Below are positions 13,321 through 28,109 of a DNA stretch of 64,000 bases, in pieces. Each line of letters begins with the position of its first letter. Within the stretch, counting starts at the first letter, position 1. Source of the stretch: Octopus vulgaris (lineage: Eukaryota); NCBI GenBank assembly GCA_951406725.2, contig OX597825.1:30876001-30940000 (forward strand), in the 5' to 3' direction. Made by a program: the position numbers and the translations under genes. The notes beneath the pieces are model-generated. The model did no database searches. It had not been told where the DNA came from and worked only from the letters and a program-made list of their open reading frames with translations.

Positions 13321-13830
13321 ATTATTATCATTATCATTATTATTATTCAAGGATTAGAAACGATGAGCTGGCAGAATTGTTAGCATATGGGACAAAATGC
13401 TTAGTGGCATTTCATCCATCTTAATGTTCTGAGTTCAAATTCTGCTGATGTTGGCTTTGCCTTTTATCCTTTCAGGATCAATGGAATAAGTAGTAGTCAT
13501 GCACTGGCGGGGTCAATGTAATCAGCTAACAACTCCCTCTCCTAAAATTTCAGTCCATGTGTCTATAGCAGAAACGATTATCATCATCATCATCATCTTT
13601 TGTCTTTTACATTTTACTTATTTCAGTCATTAGACTACGGCCATGCTGGGGCACTGCCTTGAAGAAATTTTAGTTGAACGAATTGACCCCAGCACTTATT
13701 TTTTTAATATTTTAAGCCTGGTACTTATTCTATCAGTCTCTTTTACCAAACTGCTAAGTTATGGGGGTGTAAACACACCAACACCAGTCCTCAAGTGGTG
13801 GTGGGTGCAAATGCAGACACAAAGACACAC

Positions 13831-13885
<55 letters not shown>

Positions 13886-13886
13886 C

Positions 13887-13984
<98 letters not shown>

Positions 13985-14606
13985 ACTGGCACACCTTTAC
14001 AGCCCCTTCTTTTGTGTTACATTGTTATATGCATGAATAAGCCTCAATGGCAGAATAAAATAAATTATAATTATAATTATTGTTATTATTATTATCATTA
14101 TTATTGATGTTATTATTAAGGGGTGTTGACTAGCAAAATTATTGGACACTGGAAAAAATCCTCTACAATATTTTCTCTGGCTCTTTCCATCTACGCAACT
14201 TCTCTGCTCGCCTGTCATGGGTGGGTCATTGGGGTAGAGTCCTCAGGCACCACCTCCAAAGGATTCCAACAGAAGAAACCATCATTAGACTTTCTAGCTG
14301 GATTCCTAAGCATGTCCAACTGAGACAATGGATGTTATCCAACCATCTCATCCTTAGTTTGCCCCTAAATCTTCTACTTGTTGATTCAATTTGCAGATTC
14401 TGTTATTGTTTGCTGTGACATTCTGAGTACAAATTTTATAATGGTCAACATGACCATTATTCATTATCATGGAGTCAATAAAATATAGCACCAGTGAAGT
14501 ACTAACATTAATACAATCAACTGTGGTTCTCCCCAAAATGTTGGGCCCTTGTATCTGTTTAAGAAATTATTATTTGGCTCAGTCGTTTCACCTTGGACAA
14601 AATGCT

Positions 14607-15030
14607 TGGTGAGCTGGCAGAAACGTTAGCATGCCGGGCGAAATGCTTCATGGTATTTCGTCTGCCATTACGTTGTGAGTTCAAATTCCACCGCGGTCGA
14701 CTTTGCCTTTCATCCTTTCGGGGTCGATAAATTAAGTACCAGTTACGCACTGGGGTCGATGTAATCGACTTAATACCTATGTCTGTCCTTGTTTGTCCCC
14801 TCCCCTCTATGTTTAGCCCCTTGTGATCAATAAAGAAATAGGTATTTCGTCTGTCTTTATGTTCTGAGTTCAAATTCCACCCAGGTCGACTTTGCCTTTC
14901 ATCTTTTCGGGGTTGATAAATTAAGTACCAGTTACGCACTGGGGTTGATGTAATCGACTTAATACCTATGTCTGTCCTTGTTTGTCCCCTCTATGTTTAG
15001 CCCCTTGTGGGTAATAAAGAAGTAGGTATT
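14607..15030 (+). mobile_element. Second tRNA-derived SINE ('SINE-B', Nin/Deu-like core), one full plus one partial tandem copy
   Basis: ggtgagctggcagaaacgttagc...gagttcaaattcc...gtcgactttgcctttcatcctttcggggtcgataaattaagtaccag; body repeats from ~14841. Other copies near 13360, 30205, 32340, 38400, 40004, 54305, 57130. Confidence 0.88.
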
Positions 15031-17129
15031 TAATTATGTCCCCTTTATAATCTGAATTTGAAACCCAGATATCAACTTTGCTTTTCATGATCAATAAATT
15101 GAAGTACCAGTTACATACTGGGATTAATTTCATCTGCTAACCTCTTCACCAACAATTTTGGCCTTGTGCCCTTTTTAGATTTGTTCATTATTAACAAGTT
15201 GGTATAAGACATTATTTGATGTGAGAAATCCTTGTTATTAATGAGATTCTAGAAATGGCAATTTGCCAAAGTAAATAAAATAATTAAGCTAACATTAATT
15301 AATATAATTATTATTTTGAGATTCAAAACTCTAATTAGTAATATCTATGCAGTGAGAAAAAGGCAATATTACCTCAATTACTTAATTTTTTTTAAGCATT
15401 TCAACAAGTATGGGAGACAACTCCAGGTACATTTTGATCTTATTTGAATAATTAACCTCAGTGATTTATTTTTTGAAATGATGGGTAAAATTTAGCTTTT
15501 TCGGCCCCCATTCCTTATATTATGAATTTGAATCCTGCCATGATTGACTAAACATTGTTTTGTATACATCTTGAGTTAATAAAATAAATGTTTAGCAGAA
15601 ATATTGAGGGCCATTGATTCTATTGAATATAATATAATGTTCCTTTACAAATCTGTCACCTTGTGTCAATGGAAGTAACCAGTAACATAGCACCATAATC
15701 AAAGAAATTTGACAAAACAAAGAAATGGAATCAGAAATAACTGAGCTATTTTAAAATTTTTTTCAAGAATAATTAATTCATTAAATGTTAGAGCTTTAGA
15801 AATGTCATACTTTGCAAAGATCTCCTACAATTCTGAGACTAAAAATGTAGACAATGACAATTCTTAACATCAATTGCTCAAAGCCAAAATATGAGAACCT
15901 CAGGAATTTGACCGATTAATTTAATTCATAGATTTTTCTATATCTTCCATATTATATTCACATATATTCAAGCCTTAAAGATTCATCTGGCATCCATTAT
16001 ACATCAATAAGCAGACTTGGTTTTAATATCCACTTTAGGACACTTATTGTTTCTGTTCTTCAGAACAAAGCTAATACAAGTCGACGTGGGACTTGGAGAG
16101 ATAATTGAAGAGCGTATTGTTCAATAGCAAGCAGATACATATTTAAAGAGACATTTAAAGAGGCTTTTGAGACTTCGCAATTTTGTTTTATTTATTCCTT
16201 CTCACATTTTTGATCAATCACAATGAAACCTGTATTTCTCTATATTATAGCAAACAGTCTTCAACAGGATAAAATATTGAACACTAAACATAAGGATACA
16301 AATATATAAAGGTTACAGGTGTACATGTTTGAATCAACCACAGTATATAACTGGTAATTATTTTACTGACCCTGGAAGGAATATTGTTCCTAGTTTGAAT
16401 TCAGAATCAAAGACAAAGTGACAAATCTAAATGCTGTATGACATCATCTTCAGTTCCCCGCCAGTTTTACTACTTCAGCGCCTTTCAGTATTTTGCTGTT
16501 TTAAGGTTCAACATTAGTAGGAGAAGGCTATAGAATTGTTGTTGTGATGTTTTTAAGATTATTGGAGTCAAATATAGATCCCCTATTTTTGGTTTTTCTG
16601 GCATTAAAATGGTATTAAAGATGTATACAAACACATGACATACCACTCTGCCTATGATGTCTGAAGAGACCAGTTCATACTATAGCCTACGAAACTTGAA
16701 CAGAGCTGAATCAAATTGTTATCAAATATATATTAACACACAAACACACATACATACACGTGAATGATGCTCTATCGGTTTCCATGATGAGAATTCAGAT
16801 GTTTAATTAACTGAGTTACCTGTTTCTGAATCAACACACAAGTGGCTGAGCATTCCACAGACATATGTACTTCTGACATAATTATCAGGTCAAATCAGGT
16901 TGATACAGTGTATGACAAAGTTGCACATTTTGAATGACAAGTACAGTCCAAGTGACAGGCTTCCATACAGTTTCTATCCAATCAATGTCACTCACAAGGT
17001 ATGGGCTGACCCATAGCTTTAGAAAATATTTACCTAAGATGCTACAGTAGAATCAAACCCAGAATATCATGATTGCAAAGCAAACTTCATAACCATTAAG
17101 CTATACTGTGTGAGTGTGTAATATTTACT

Positions 17130-17530
17130 ATTTTATTTTACTTGTTTCAGTCCTTTGACTGTGGCCATGCTGGAGCACCGCCTTTAATTGAGCAAATCGA
17201 CCCCAGGACTTATTCTTTGTAAGCCTAGTACTTATTCTAGTGGTCTCTTTTGCCGAACCGCTAAGTTACGGGGACATAAACACACCAGCATCGGTTGTCA
17301 AGTGATTTGGGGGGGACAAACAGATACACACACACATACATACATACATATATATATATACATATATACGATGGGCTTCTTTCAGTTTCCGTCTACCAGA
17401 TCCACTCACAAGGCTTTGGTCGGCCTGAGGCTATAGTAGAAGACACTTGCCCAAGATGCCACGCAGTGGGACTGAACCCAGAACCATGTGGTTGGTAAGC
17501 AAGCTACTTACCACACAGTCACTCCTACTC
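17130..17530 (-). mobile_element. SINE-A, full length
   Basis: Near-identical to 12921-13320 and 43750-44160. Confidence 0.92.
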
Positions 17531-19224
17531 CTATTATATAATATATAAATATGTGTGTGAGTGTGTCTGTGTGTATTTACATACATATATGTATACACAT
17601 ACCTGTGTGTGTGTGGCAGGGTGCATATCTAATTATATATTGTCATATGTGTGTATATGCATGTGCTTGTACACGTTTGTATGTCAATATAGAAGTAAAA
17701 TTTCATTATCTTTTATTATGTGACTGTTCTTGCTACTTTGCTTTCACTGTTTCAAGTATTTCCTTTTTTTTTTTGTCAGACTCATAATCAATGACAATCC
17801 ACCAATGCCCATCCCATTTTCTTTTAGGTGGGGACTACATTATCTAATATCAATAACCCAAGGATATGGTTTTATTATGATTTGGCTTCTATGTAGACCT
17901 AGCGGGCAGAGCAATACCACAAATGATGACTTTGGCAACAAAGAATTGATTTATTGGGTTCATTATTCTGTTCTTGAATTGTTTAGGATTTCTTCCTTAG
18001 GCCACAGGTTACCATTTTATTGAAGAAGGATTTTGCATATGTGGCATTCCTGTCATTACTTCTAGAACATCATCTATGTAAGAGAAATAACTTCAGCCAA
18101 GAAATCTTAACTGTATTAAGAATTTAGTTTGCTAAAAGATTATATTTCCAATGCAATGCACATATACATACAAGCATAATAATCGTTGAAGAAACCATGA
18201 TAATCATTAATTAGTTGTAATCAATCAATTGATTTATTTCATCATAAGAGATGCCACACTGCTTAAGATTAGGTCTTTGAATTTACTTGAGCTGTCATTT
18301 TACTGTGGCCTGGTAGAGAAAAGGCCATTTTTTTTAAAAGACAAAATATGAAGACAATGCCAGTAAGAAATGTCAAATAAACCAGGCAACCATAATTAAT
18401 TATGATAAATTAATTGATTAACAATTATTTTATTAAGTTAGATTGAATATTTAAATTAATCACCAAGAGACAGGGTACAATTATGCATGCCATATCCTAT
18501 TCACTTTCTTTGGTATTATAACTTCCTTATGTATATTCATATGCACTTTTATTTCAATATTACCTATTCACACACACACACACGCACACACACAAACACA
18601 CACATACACACATATAAATATATATGTTCATATGTAGTTTAGCCATTTCACTGTTAACCCACCCATGTTAGCCTCTGGCTGTATGTTACCAACCTGCCTG
18701 GATTTAAATCAAAACATTGACCAAAATGATATTATTGCAAGATTGACAAAGCAAGGGTATTAATAGATAAAAGCACCATCATAATTTTAAGTCTGAACCA
18801 TTTTTTTTTAGTTCCAAGTACCAGCTTAATATGTAGTGAGCACCGTACTCTTTAATCTATGAGATCATATGGTAACATTGAAGACTTTATTTTTTAAGTT
18901 GCATATTACGTACAGATCAGTTCTCATACTCTCTCTCTCTCTCTCTCTCTCTCTCCTTCTTGTCTCACTTACTGACACTTCACTAAGCAGTTCTTTCCTC
19001 AAAATCTTATTTCACTGAATTTCCCCACCCTTACATTCTGTCTTATAGATGCTGAAGCAGAAAACATTAATGGTTAATAACATCAATTTCACCAATCTTA
19101 GAGGGTCTGCAAAGGTTGTGGGTGCTCCCCTTCTTTTTCTACTCCTTATGAATAAAAAAAAATGGTGTGTATGTATATATATATATATAGGCAGCCCTTT
19201 ATATACAATATATATATTTATGCA

Positions 19225-19272
<48 letters not shown>

Positions 19273-19391
19273 CATATATATATGTATTTATGTATGTATA
19301 AAACATATATATATTTAACAATTTATGTATATATATATATATATTAACAAGTATAAATTTAGAAATTATAATGCAGTATATGTCATAGATA

Positions 19392-19397
19392 TTTATT
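19392..19397 (-). promoter_or_regulatory. Candidate polyadenylation signal (AATAAA) of DPH5
   Basis: tttatt on plus strand, ~70 nt downstream of the DPH5 stop; position plausible, no transcript evidence. Confidence 0.4.
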
Positions 19398-19467
19398 TCA
19401 TAATGAAACCAACATAAACAATGAAAGAAAGCAAAGTGGTAGGTAGGTAGTCACTGATTCCGTTTCA

Positions 19468-19694
19468 CTAGCAAAATGTTTCCATTTCTTGCAATTTCGA
19501 TTCAGTTGTAGAATCTAAAACAAAACTTCTCAACATGGCAATTTCCATAGGGTGCATATTGCCAGGAATCACGAGGGAATGGAGTGGTGGGCCCATATCT
19601 GTTTCTGCTAACCGCTCTAATGGTGCCACAAGGATTTTCTGTTCGTCAGATCCAACTTTGGTGAGGCCAACACAAATGGTATCTTTCGTAAATG
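19468..19694 (-). CDS. DPH5: Terminal coding exon of diphthine methyl ester synthase (diphthamide biosynthesis protein 5)
   Basis: Translates (A)FTKDTICVGLTKVGSDEQKILVAPLERLAETDMGPPLHSLVIPGNMHPMEIAMLRSFVLDSTTESKLQEMETFC*, matching the DPH5 C-terminus as I recall it (human AVTEETLCVGLARVGADDQKI...DLGEPLHSLII...HPMEMEML). Polypyrimidine acceptor ttttttcctttcaatctccag| precedes 19694 (phase 1); TAG at 19468-19470. Confidence 0.95.
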
Positions 19695-21949
19695 CTGGAG
19701 ATTGAAAGGAAAAAAACATATATGTAAAAGATTAAAATTAGAACATTTATGTATACACATGTAATTAGTAACAAAATGTATTAAAAAAAAAATTATATTA
19801 TTATTAGTTGTATTAGTATTATTATTGGTATTATTATTATTATCATTAATTTTGAGTGCAGTTTTGAATTCAGCTATTTTTGAAGTGTAGTGTGAGTAAA
19901 AACAGAACAAGAAGACATTGCAAGTGAAAGGAATGAGAGGTGTGAACTATTTCAACCAATCAATACACAAGCAATACAGAGATTACAATAATAAAAAAAT
20001 AAGATATAAGAAATAAAGGGAAAAAAATTTTTTTCATGGCCATATGGTTTAGGAGTTCTCTTTGGAAACGTGATTCTGTGTTCAATCTCAGTAAGTGGCG
20101 TGCATTAGGCCAGTGTCTTCAACCATGTCTCACATTGGCCAAAGCTGTGTGGATAAGAATTTGGTAAATGGAAACTGTTCAGAAGCCTAACCCATTAGTA
20201 TGTATGCATACACACGCATACACACACGCACACGGACACACACATACACATATACACATGTATGTATGTATACATGCCAGCATGTTTTTATAAATGTATA
20301 AACACACACACACATATATGTAGATAGATATATAATGTGTGTGTATATATATATATATATATATTACTATAACATAGATATATAAATATATAGATACACA
20401 TATATAGACACTTCCATATACATATACATGTGTATGTATATGTATATATATTAACATATCTGTACACGTATACAAATATACATCTATATACACAAACACA
20501 TATGTGTATGTGTATATAAATATATACACACACAAATACACATTTATATATGTGTGTGTGTGTGTATGTATGGTATGGATGGATGGAGGATGAATACATG
20601 TATATCGGTGAGGAATGAAGAATCAGTAATAGAGCGTCGAAGAAAAATACCTTGTGGTATTTGGTAACATCCCGTTATATTCTGGTTATATCCCTTTATA
20701 GTCTTGTTATATCCCTTCATATTCTGGTTACATCCCTTTATGGAGTTTGTACGGCCCTTTATGCTTGGATGGACTTTGTCTTTCCTCCTCCTCCAAGGAT
20801 GATAAAATAAATACCAGAGGAAGTGGTGAGGTCGATATGATTGACCATAACCCCTGACGGTGGTGCTGCAGCATGGCCGCAGTCCAATTACTGAAACCAG
20901 TAAAAGAAAAAAAGAGCATAGATGTTTGATTTCAAATAACACACTGGACAATGAATGGAGAAGATGGATATTTGTATCCGGTCAGTAGAACAACATTGTA
21001 TCCATGGCCAATACAATTGACTCTCAGAAACCCCAATATACCTAGCTCTAAGTGTGGAGTATTTGTATGTATTTGTGAACCACTTAAGGCAGTAGAGAGA
21101 GTTCATAGAGGGTTGTTTGAGATACAAGCTGTAACAGCCAAATCTTTCTCAATTCACATTCTGAAAGGGAATGATGAATCAGTTAAGACAGAATCCAATG
21201 TGAGCAACAAATGAGTGGGCCACTACAGCATTTCTTTGTTTCCTAAAAATAGCAGCTAAATCTTTCTCAAATCATGTTCTAAATGAGTATGATGAATTAT
21301 ATAAGGAAGGATCCACTACAATCATCAAACATGGATATCATTACATCATTTCTTGGTTAGCTATAAATAAGAGCTTAATCTTTCTTAAATCACATTCTAA
21401 AAGGAAATACTGAATCAGATATGATAGAGTCTGTTGCAGGTAGCAATAAGGGGATGCCCTACATGGCTGCTTGGGCTCCTGGAAATAACAATCAAAACTC
21501 TCAAATCTCATTCTAATAGGGAATGACACATTGGATAAGGTAGCCACTTAGATATACTATGTCTGGACAGAAGATGGGATGGTCATATTTGGAATGGCTT
21601 TGATCATAAATCTGCTCCATGAAGGTTGTCACAAAGTTCAACAACTAATAGAGCAATAGCAGGATCAACAAGTGGATGCATATGAAAGTCCTAAGATGAA
21701 GCAAAGAGACAGGCAGAGCATGTGGGACATATATGTCCACAGAATGGTGATGCAGTACAAGAGTAGAAAGAATATGAAGGCTATACTGATATTGACCCCT
21801 TGACATGTCATCAGCTTTGTCATGCAGTACAAGCAGGTATTGGGCATAAAGGTAACCCACAATGCTATGTGGGATCTTCACAGGTCATCATATTTGATGA
21901 TACTTGAAAGATTGTGAAGTAATCCTAGAGCTATACTTCATTGAGGGAA

Positions 21950-22300
21950 AAGAGATGTGGTTCAAAACAGAGGGCTGACTTTCTATATATATTTAGTGAC
22001 ATGGGTCCCTTGGCTCATCATCACCTCAGCAGTACAGTACCGAGTGTGGAGGTGACTTGCAATATTATGGTATCTGCATAGATGTCAATGTTTTGGGGAT
22101 CCTCAAAAGATCAGTTATTCTAGAGCTGTGCAAAACTGGAGAGAAGAGGTAGAGCAAGGCAGCAGGGTCAATTTCTATACATGGGGTAGTAAAGCCCACT
22201 TGATGACCTTCAGCAGACAAGAACAAAGAAGGCAGAAAAAAAGAGTAGTACACAACACCAGGGTTGATGACAGCAATAAACCCTTTCAACTGTAACTGTT
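21950..22300 (-). mobile_element. Highly degraded CR1/Jockey-like reverse transcriptase remnant
   Basis: Minus fragments INPGVVYYSFFLPSLF and ITDLLRIP/NIDIYADTIIL loosely resemble INAGVPQGSVLSPTLF and INDLL...YADD; many disruptions. Confidence 0.3.
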
Positions 22301-23161
22301 AGATCTGATTCCATAGCATCACTGGTCATAGCTCTAAGAATAGCTTGAATGGAAATAAAAAGATGAATGCAATCACCATGTCCTCAGTACCACCAGCACC
22401 AGCACCAGGGGTCAGTGATGTAGAATACAAAGAAGAAACCAAGATGTTCCCATCCAAAACAGAGCCAGCTGGAGAATCCAAATAGAAGTTCCACTCCATT
22501 GTCTAGTCATGTTTGGAAGGAGATGGATCCTAGAGGAAGGTGAAAATTGTTGGGGACAGTAGGAAGGGAAGGAAGAAGTAGAGCCAAAAAAAAAAAATAG
22601 CAGCCCATTCTGAAAATAGTCTGTTAATAGAAGTTTTGCCCCACTATGGAATGGTCAACTTCCAGGGCCTCACATCTATAATCATCTAACAATAAAATAG
22701 AAACATGATGACTCTGTTGAATGACCAGACAGAGGACAAAAAGAATACCGTAATAGCTGAAGAAGTGCTGGGATATGTGTACAACCAGGCTTTCAAAACG
22801 ACAGCCTGTTAGTGAAAACCAGATTGATATACTATCAACGTCTAATGGGGAGCCAATCAATCCATGTAGATGACGTTCACAGATTCAAAGAATCCAGTTT
22901 GCAGAAGTGGATCAGAGTGGAGTGGAAGTGTCTGGAGGTCTGGGTGCCATAATGCAACATAAGTGGCAGCTTCTCACCCTTGATTGGATGGGCTGCCCTA
23001 ACATGTGCTCTGTGCTAAATTTTTTACCTGTTTTTATATATTGCATTACACGTATGTACCCTGTTTCGTCTATTATATATCTCTATGTGTTATGGTACAT
23101 TTTGTATCAAATAGGTCTTTATGACCTATTATTATTATTTTTATTATTATTGTTGTTATTG

Positions 23162-23217
<56 letters not shown>

Positions 23218-23740
23218 TAATTATTGTTATTATTATTATTATTATTATTATTAGCAGTCATTGATATCATCTTGTTACTTAGCCCCGGGTCAGCTCTCAT
23301 TGAAGTCTATGATTGAAAGTGTCTCAGTCATGACCATTCCATCTTTTCCTTTTTCTCTTCTAGTATTGTCTATCATTATTCAATGTGTCCCTTCTGATTT
23401 AAGATGGTAAGATGCCATTTGAAAGTGACATAATTACAATATTTAGCAGATTTACTGACAATCTAGAGATTCCTTCATTGGCTCATTTATTGCTTTTGTT
23501 TAAAGGTGGGATGAGCATTAGAAATGGAGCACCAATTAAATACTTTACAAGTATAGAGCACCAATTAGATACTTTATAATTGATGCCTTATGAAAGTGTG
23601 CCAACTGAGAGGCATATCATTACTCTGGGCCTTACAGAATCCCAGAAGCAGTCTTCAACTGTTTCCATCCAAAAGTGTTTTCCAACCCAATATTTACATT
23701 TAATGCTCTCTTAAAAGTTTATAACATTTTTATGACATCC

Positions 23741-23791
<51 letters not shown>

Positions 23792-23856
23792 CAACAAAAC
23801 CAGAGGGTCATTTCATAAATCTTTTAATTACATCATTTTTATATGTATTTCAGACA

Positions 23857-23999
23857 AGATAATGAGTGAATTGTGCAACTTGCATTAGGTAAGCTTTTTA
23901 GGTCTTCACTTCATCAGAGATTTATTCAATATGAATATTTGATAAAGTGAAAACTTAAGAAACTTAACTGATCTGGATTCCATAATTTTAACATTATCT
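23857..23999. repeat. Degenerate foldback (palindromic) element
   Basis: ttaggtaagctttttaggtcttcacttcatcagagattt aligns to the reverse complement of gaatatttgataaagtgaaaacttaagaaacttaactga at about three-quarters of positions; ends agataatg/cattatct. Confidence 0.6.
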
Positions 24000-24468
24000 C
24001 CACTTGTAAGCCGATGCAGTTAAATGATTCTTTTTGCTTTTTATATATGTATATATGTACTCTGTGACCTTTCTAACTATGGAGGTGAGTGAAACTTAAG
24101 CTAGAATACACAAGTTCTCTTCACAGTTTTCTCTTTCAATACATAAAGAGATGCAGAAATATTCTAAATACTGGTAATATTCTAGATACTGGTAATATTC
24201 TAAATACTGGTAATGTCTTGTAATTTAAATTTAAACTGCATGAGGAGCTATTAGATTTGATGAGAATGTAAATGGATAGGTTACTTGTCTTTCTGAGACT
24301 GGTCAGGTCATTGAGATCCCAATAAGGGTTGAAAATCGATAAAAGCTGTTCATCATTTTCTCCAATCTATGATGAAATAGGTAAATCTGACATGGTCGTG
24401 TGTCTAGTACTCAGATTTAGAAATACATATACATATCTATATTTATCTGTGTGCGTGTGTGTGTGTGT

Positions 24469-24521
<53 letters not shown>

Positions 24522-24544
24522 TATACATACATATATATATGTAT

Positions 24545-24579
<35 letters not shown>

Positions 24580-25104
24580 CAAATAGATAGGGAGAAAGAG
24601 AGAGAGATTGGGACCATTTTCAATTGACTGCATCTCACACCCCTACAAGAGCATGGTCATGTAAGTGTGGTGTGTGGCATTGCACCAAAGTTAGAAATTA
24701 TTATTATTATTATTGTTATTATTATTATTAATGGTGGTAGCAGTAGTGGTGGTGGTGGTGGTGGTGGTGATGGTGGTGTTAGTAGTAGTAGTAGTTCTAA
24801 TTGTTATTTGTATAGCAATATTACAAATGATATCAATTATAGTGATAACGGTTACAATGCTGCCAAAACAGAGTGGTGGGAACAGTTCCAAAACTTCAGA
24901 CACATTTTTTTTTTTGCCTTTTTTTTTTTATCAATGACAGACATTTAAATTAGCAGAAAGAGAAATAATAACATTACATACAGTTTGTATATGTTTGATA
25001 AATCAGAGTAAATAAGCTAATTTTACACACACATACACACACACAAAAACTTGTATATAGACATCGACACACATATACACAAACATATATAAACACGTAT
25101 ACAT

Positions 25105-25150
<46 letters not shown>

Positions 25151-25282
25151 ATAGGTGCAGGGATGACTGTTTGGTTAAGAAGCTTGCTTCTCACTCATGT
25201 GGTCCTGAGTTCAATCACACTGCACAACACCTAGAAACGTGTTCCCTACTTTAGCAAAGCTAAAATAAGTGGATTTCATTAT

Positions 25283-25590
25283 AATCATCATCATCGTTTA
25301 ACATCCATTTTCCATGCTGGCATGAGTTGGACGGTTTGACTGAGGTCTGGAAAGCCAGTGGCTGTACCAGACTCCAATCTGATCTGGCACTGTTTCTACA
25401 GCTGGATGCCCTTCCAAATGCCAACCACTCTGAGATTGTAGTGGTCACTTTTTATGTGCCACTGGCATAGGAGCTAGTCAGGCAGGCCTGGCATCGATCA
25501 TGTTTGAATAGTGCTTTTTATGTGCCACTGGCACGGGAGCCAGTCAAGGGGGCACAGGCATCGACGACATTTGGAAGGTGTATTTTATGC
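25283..25590 (-). mobile_element. RTE LINE 3'-end fragment with (GAT)n tail
   Basis: catcatcgtttaacatccattttccatgctggcatg...ctggatgcccttcc...gtgcttttta(t/c)gtgccac; homologous to 5950-6378. Similar copies at 42865-43083(-), 44845-45160(+), 45550-45965(-), 50077-50398(+), 56590-56970(-). Confidence 0.85.
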
Positions 25591-26461
25591 GGATTTGTTA
25601 GATGGAAACTGAAAGAAGCCCATTGTATGTGTGTGTGTTTACATGTATCCTTTTCTTAACAACATGTGATGATTGCACATGAGTATCATTGTCATTTGTT
25701 ACAAATCTTCCACATAAGCAAGTCCGACCAAGAGGAAATATCATCTTGCTTGGAAACAGGTGAAGGTTGGTGACAAGAATGGCATTCAACTGCAGAAAAG
25801 TTTACTCAACAAATGGACATATGGAAAACTAGACATTAAGCGATGGTTGTGTATATGTGCATGCACATATACAAATACAGGTGTAGCTGTGTGGTAAGAA
25901 GTTTGCTTCCAACCACATTGTTGTGGGTTCAGTCTTACTGCATGGCACCTTGTGCAATTATCTCCTAATGTAAACGTGGGCTGAGTGCATTTGGTACATG
26001 GAAATCGAAAGAAGCCTGTCATACATATATAACACCCCACCATCTCCAAACTCCACCCCCATTCAGGTATCTTCTGTTGACCATTCACTACTTTCTTCCA
26101 GCTATTATTCATCAACATTCACTCACTCCCACACTGATTAACAAACCCCACCCCACCCCAGATACACCCAAGTCCCATATATAGAATCACAAAGCCCCAA
26201 CTTCTCAGGTATGTTTCTCCACAAAAGTTTTAAAAAAATTTTCTTTTAAATCTTCCCACCCAAGTTAACAAAGAACTTACTAGATCTACAAAATAAAGTT
26301 TAAAATTTATATTATCAAAAAAATAAAAAATAATAAATTAAACTGATTAGAACTAACATTGAAGTCATTCTTTTTCATTTTTCAAATATACCTAACTGTA
26401 CCAAGGATCCCATACATTTCCAATATATTTATATACATATCTATATCTACATATGTATATA

Positions 26462-26492
<31 letters not shown>

Positions 26493-27196
26493 GTTTATAT
26501 ATATATATATATATATATTATATATGTATGTGTATGTGTCTTTTTGTCTGTATTTGTCCACCCCCACTGCTTAACAATGTATTTGTCTACCACCACTGCT
26601 TGACAACCAGTGTTGGTGTGTTTACATACCTATAACTTAGCAATTCAGCAAAAGAGACTGATAGTATAAATACCAGGCTTAAAAGAAAATCAGTCCTGGG
26701 ATCAATTCATTCAATTAAAGTCCTTTAAGGCGGTGCCCCAGCATGGCCCTAATCCAAGGACTGAAACAAGTAAAAGATAAAAGATAAGATACACACACCC
26801 TCATACTGAAGCACACTGGATATTTCCTGGGTTTTAGAAGAGTTGCATTGTATCCCATGGCACCAGGAAGAGCATCCAGCCTTACCACACTGCCTCAACC
26901 TGTGTCTCAGCCAACCCATGAGGTCAGTGTAAGCAGACATAAAATGATAGCAAAGATCACACACATACACACACACACACATTCATCCATATAAACATTT
27001 AATCCATAATCATTAGCTCTTTATTCTAAGTGGCTGGACTTAGCTCCTTTGAACTTGTCGCCCCTGGAATAAATATGTGTGTGTGTGTGTGTGTGTGTAT
27101 GTATTTACACATACATACACACACACACACACATATATATATACATTTATACACATAAATACGCATACACACTCATATATAAAAGCACACATATAT

Positions 27197-27228
<32 letters not shown>

Positions 27229-27235
27229 GTATATG

Positions 27236-27280
<45 letters not shown>

Positions 27281-28109
27281 CACATACACCCAGTAGATTT
27301 ATGGCGCCACTGCATGTTCCTATCAACAATGGCTCAACATTATTTTATGTTCCTCCCCTATTTTCCTTAAACTTATTTAATCATTATATCTGACATCAAA
27401 ATGAAATTACAACAATGATATACTATAAAAAACAAAAACAAAAAAACTCTAAGTGAATTTCTTTCTATGTTAAAAATCAATATCATGAAAACATATGTAA
27501 CAAACAATATAACATTGTTTCTTTTAGCTGTTGATGTTTGTTTTTAGCCTCATATCAACCCTGATCAAGCAAACCAATGATGTACAATGTTCCATCCTTG
27601 GCTATCTCGTCTTTATGTTTTATTTCTTTATTTTTAAATTTAAACCCATAATCATCACTTGCATGTAAGTATGATCTGGTACTATGTACCAAACTTTCTC
27701 TGCACTACTGTTTTAGATGCTTATGTAGTAAGCATAGACACTTTTGGGGCTAGGGTCACCTTAGCAGCATTATAAGCTCCTAGCCAAGTCAGTGCTCTGG
27801 GCCTTATAGCATGTATTTGCTGAAAGCATGCCTTAGTATACATAGATCAAAATTGGGCCTCTAGGCACATGAGGCTCCCAAGCAACTGCCCAGTGTGCCA
27901 TACCTTAAGGCAGCTCTGCTTCTGGCCCTCACATCCTTTGGCTGAATGGAACACAATGGGTGTGACTAATGGAGGAAGGAAGTACCCTGCCAAAAATTAG
28001 ATAATTAAATGTATACATCAGTTTCTTTAAGATGATGGTAGGGTGTTACTCAAGGGGATTCAGTCTGTTATATCCATCAGCTCATGTGATTACATAAAGA
28101 CTACCCCAC

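Noticed and set aside
16660-16710. Hammerhead-like CTGAAGAG...CGAAAC
   Set aside because: No convincing stem II, stem I or cleavage triplet.
16761-16833. Box C/D snoRNA-like arrangement (ATGATG...ATGA...CTGA) with a short possible 28S-complementary stretch
   Set aside because: Box C is imperfect, the terminal stem is minimal, and the stretch aligns with a decayed SINE-A segment (gcttctttcagtttccgtc) following a (CA) tract.
23630-23680. Minus-strand FWMETVEDCFWDSVR resembling DPH5 FWTDTWRPESFFDKVK
   Set aside because: Flanking conserved residues (FGETVSI, GMHTLCLLD) and a matching exon structure are absent; superficial match.
24158-24214. 18-bp x3 tandem repeat; also a 21-bp tandem at 20670-20740 and a 29-bp duplication at 23527-23580
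   Set aside because: Ordinary slippage duplications with no further structure.
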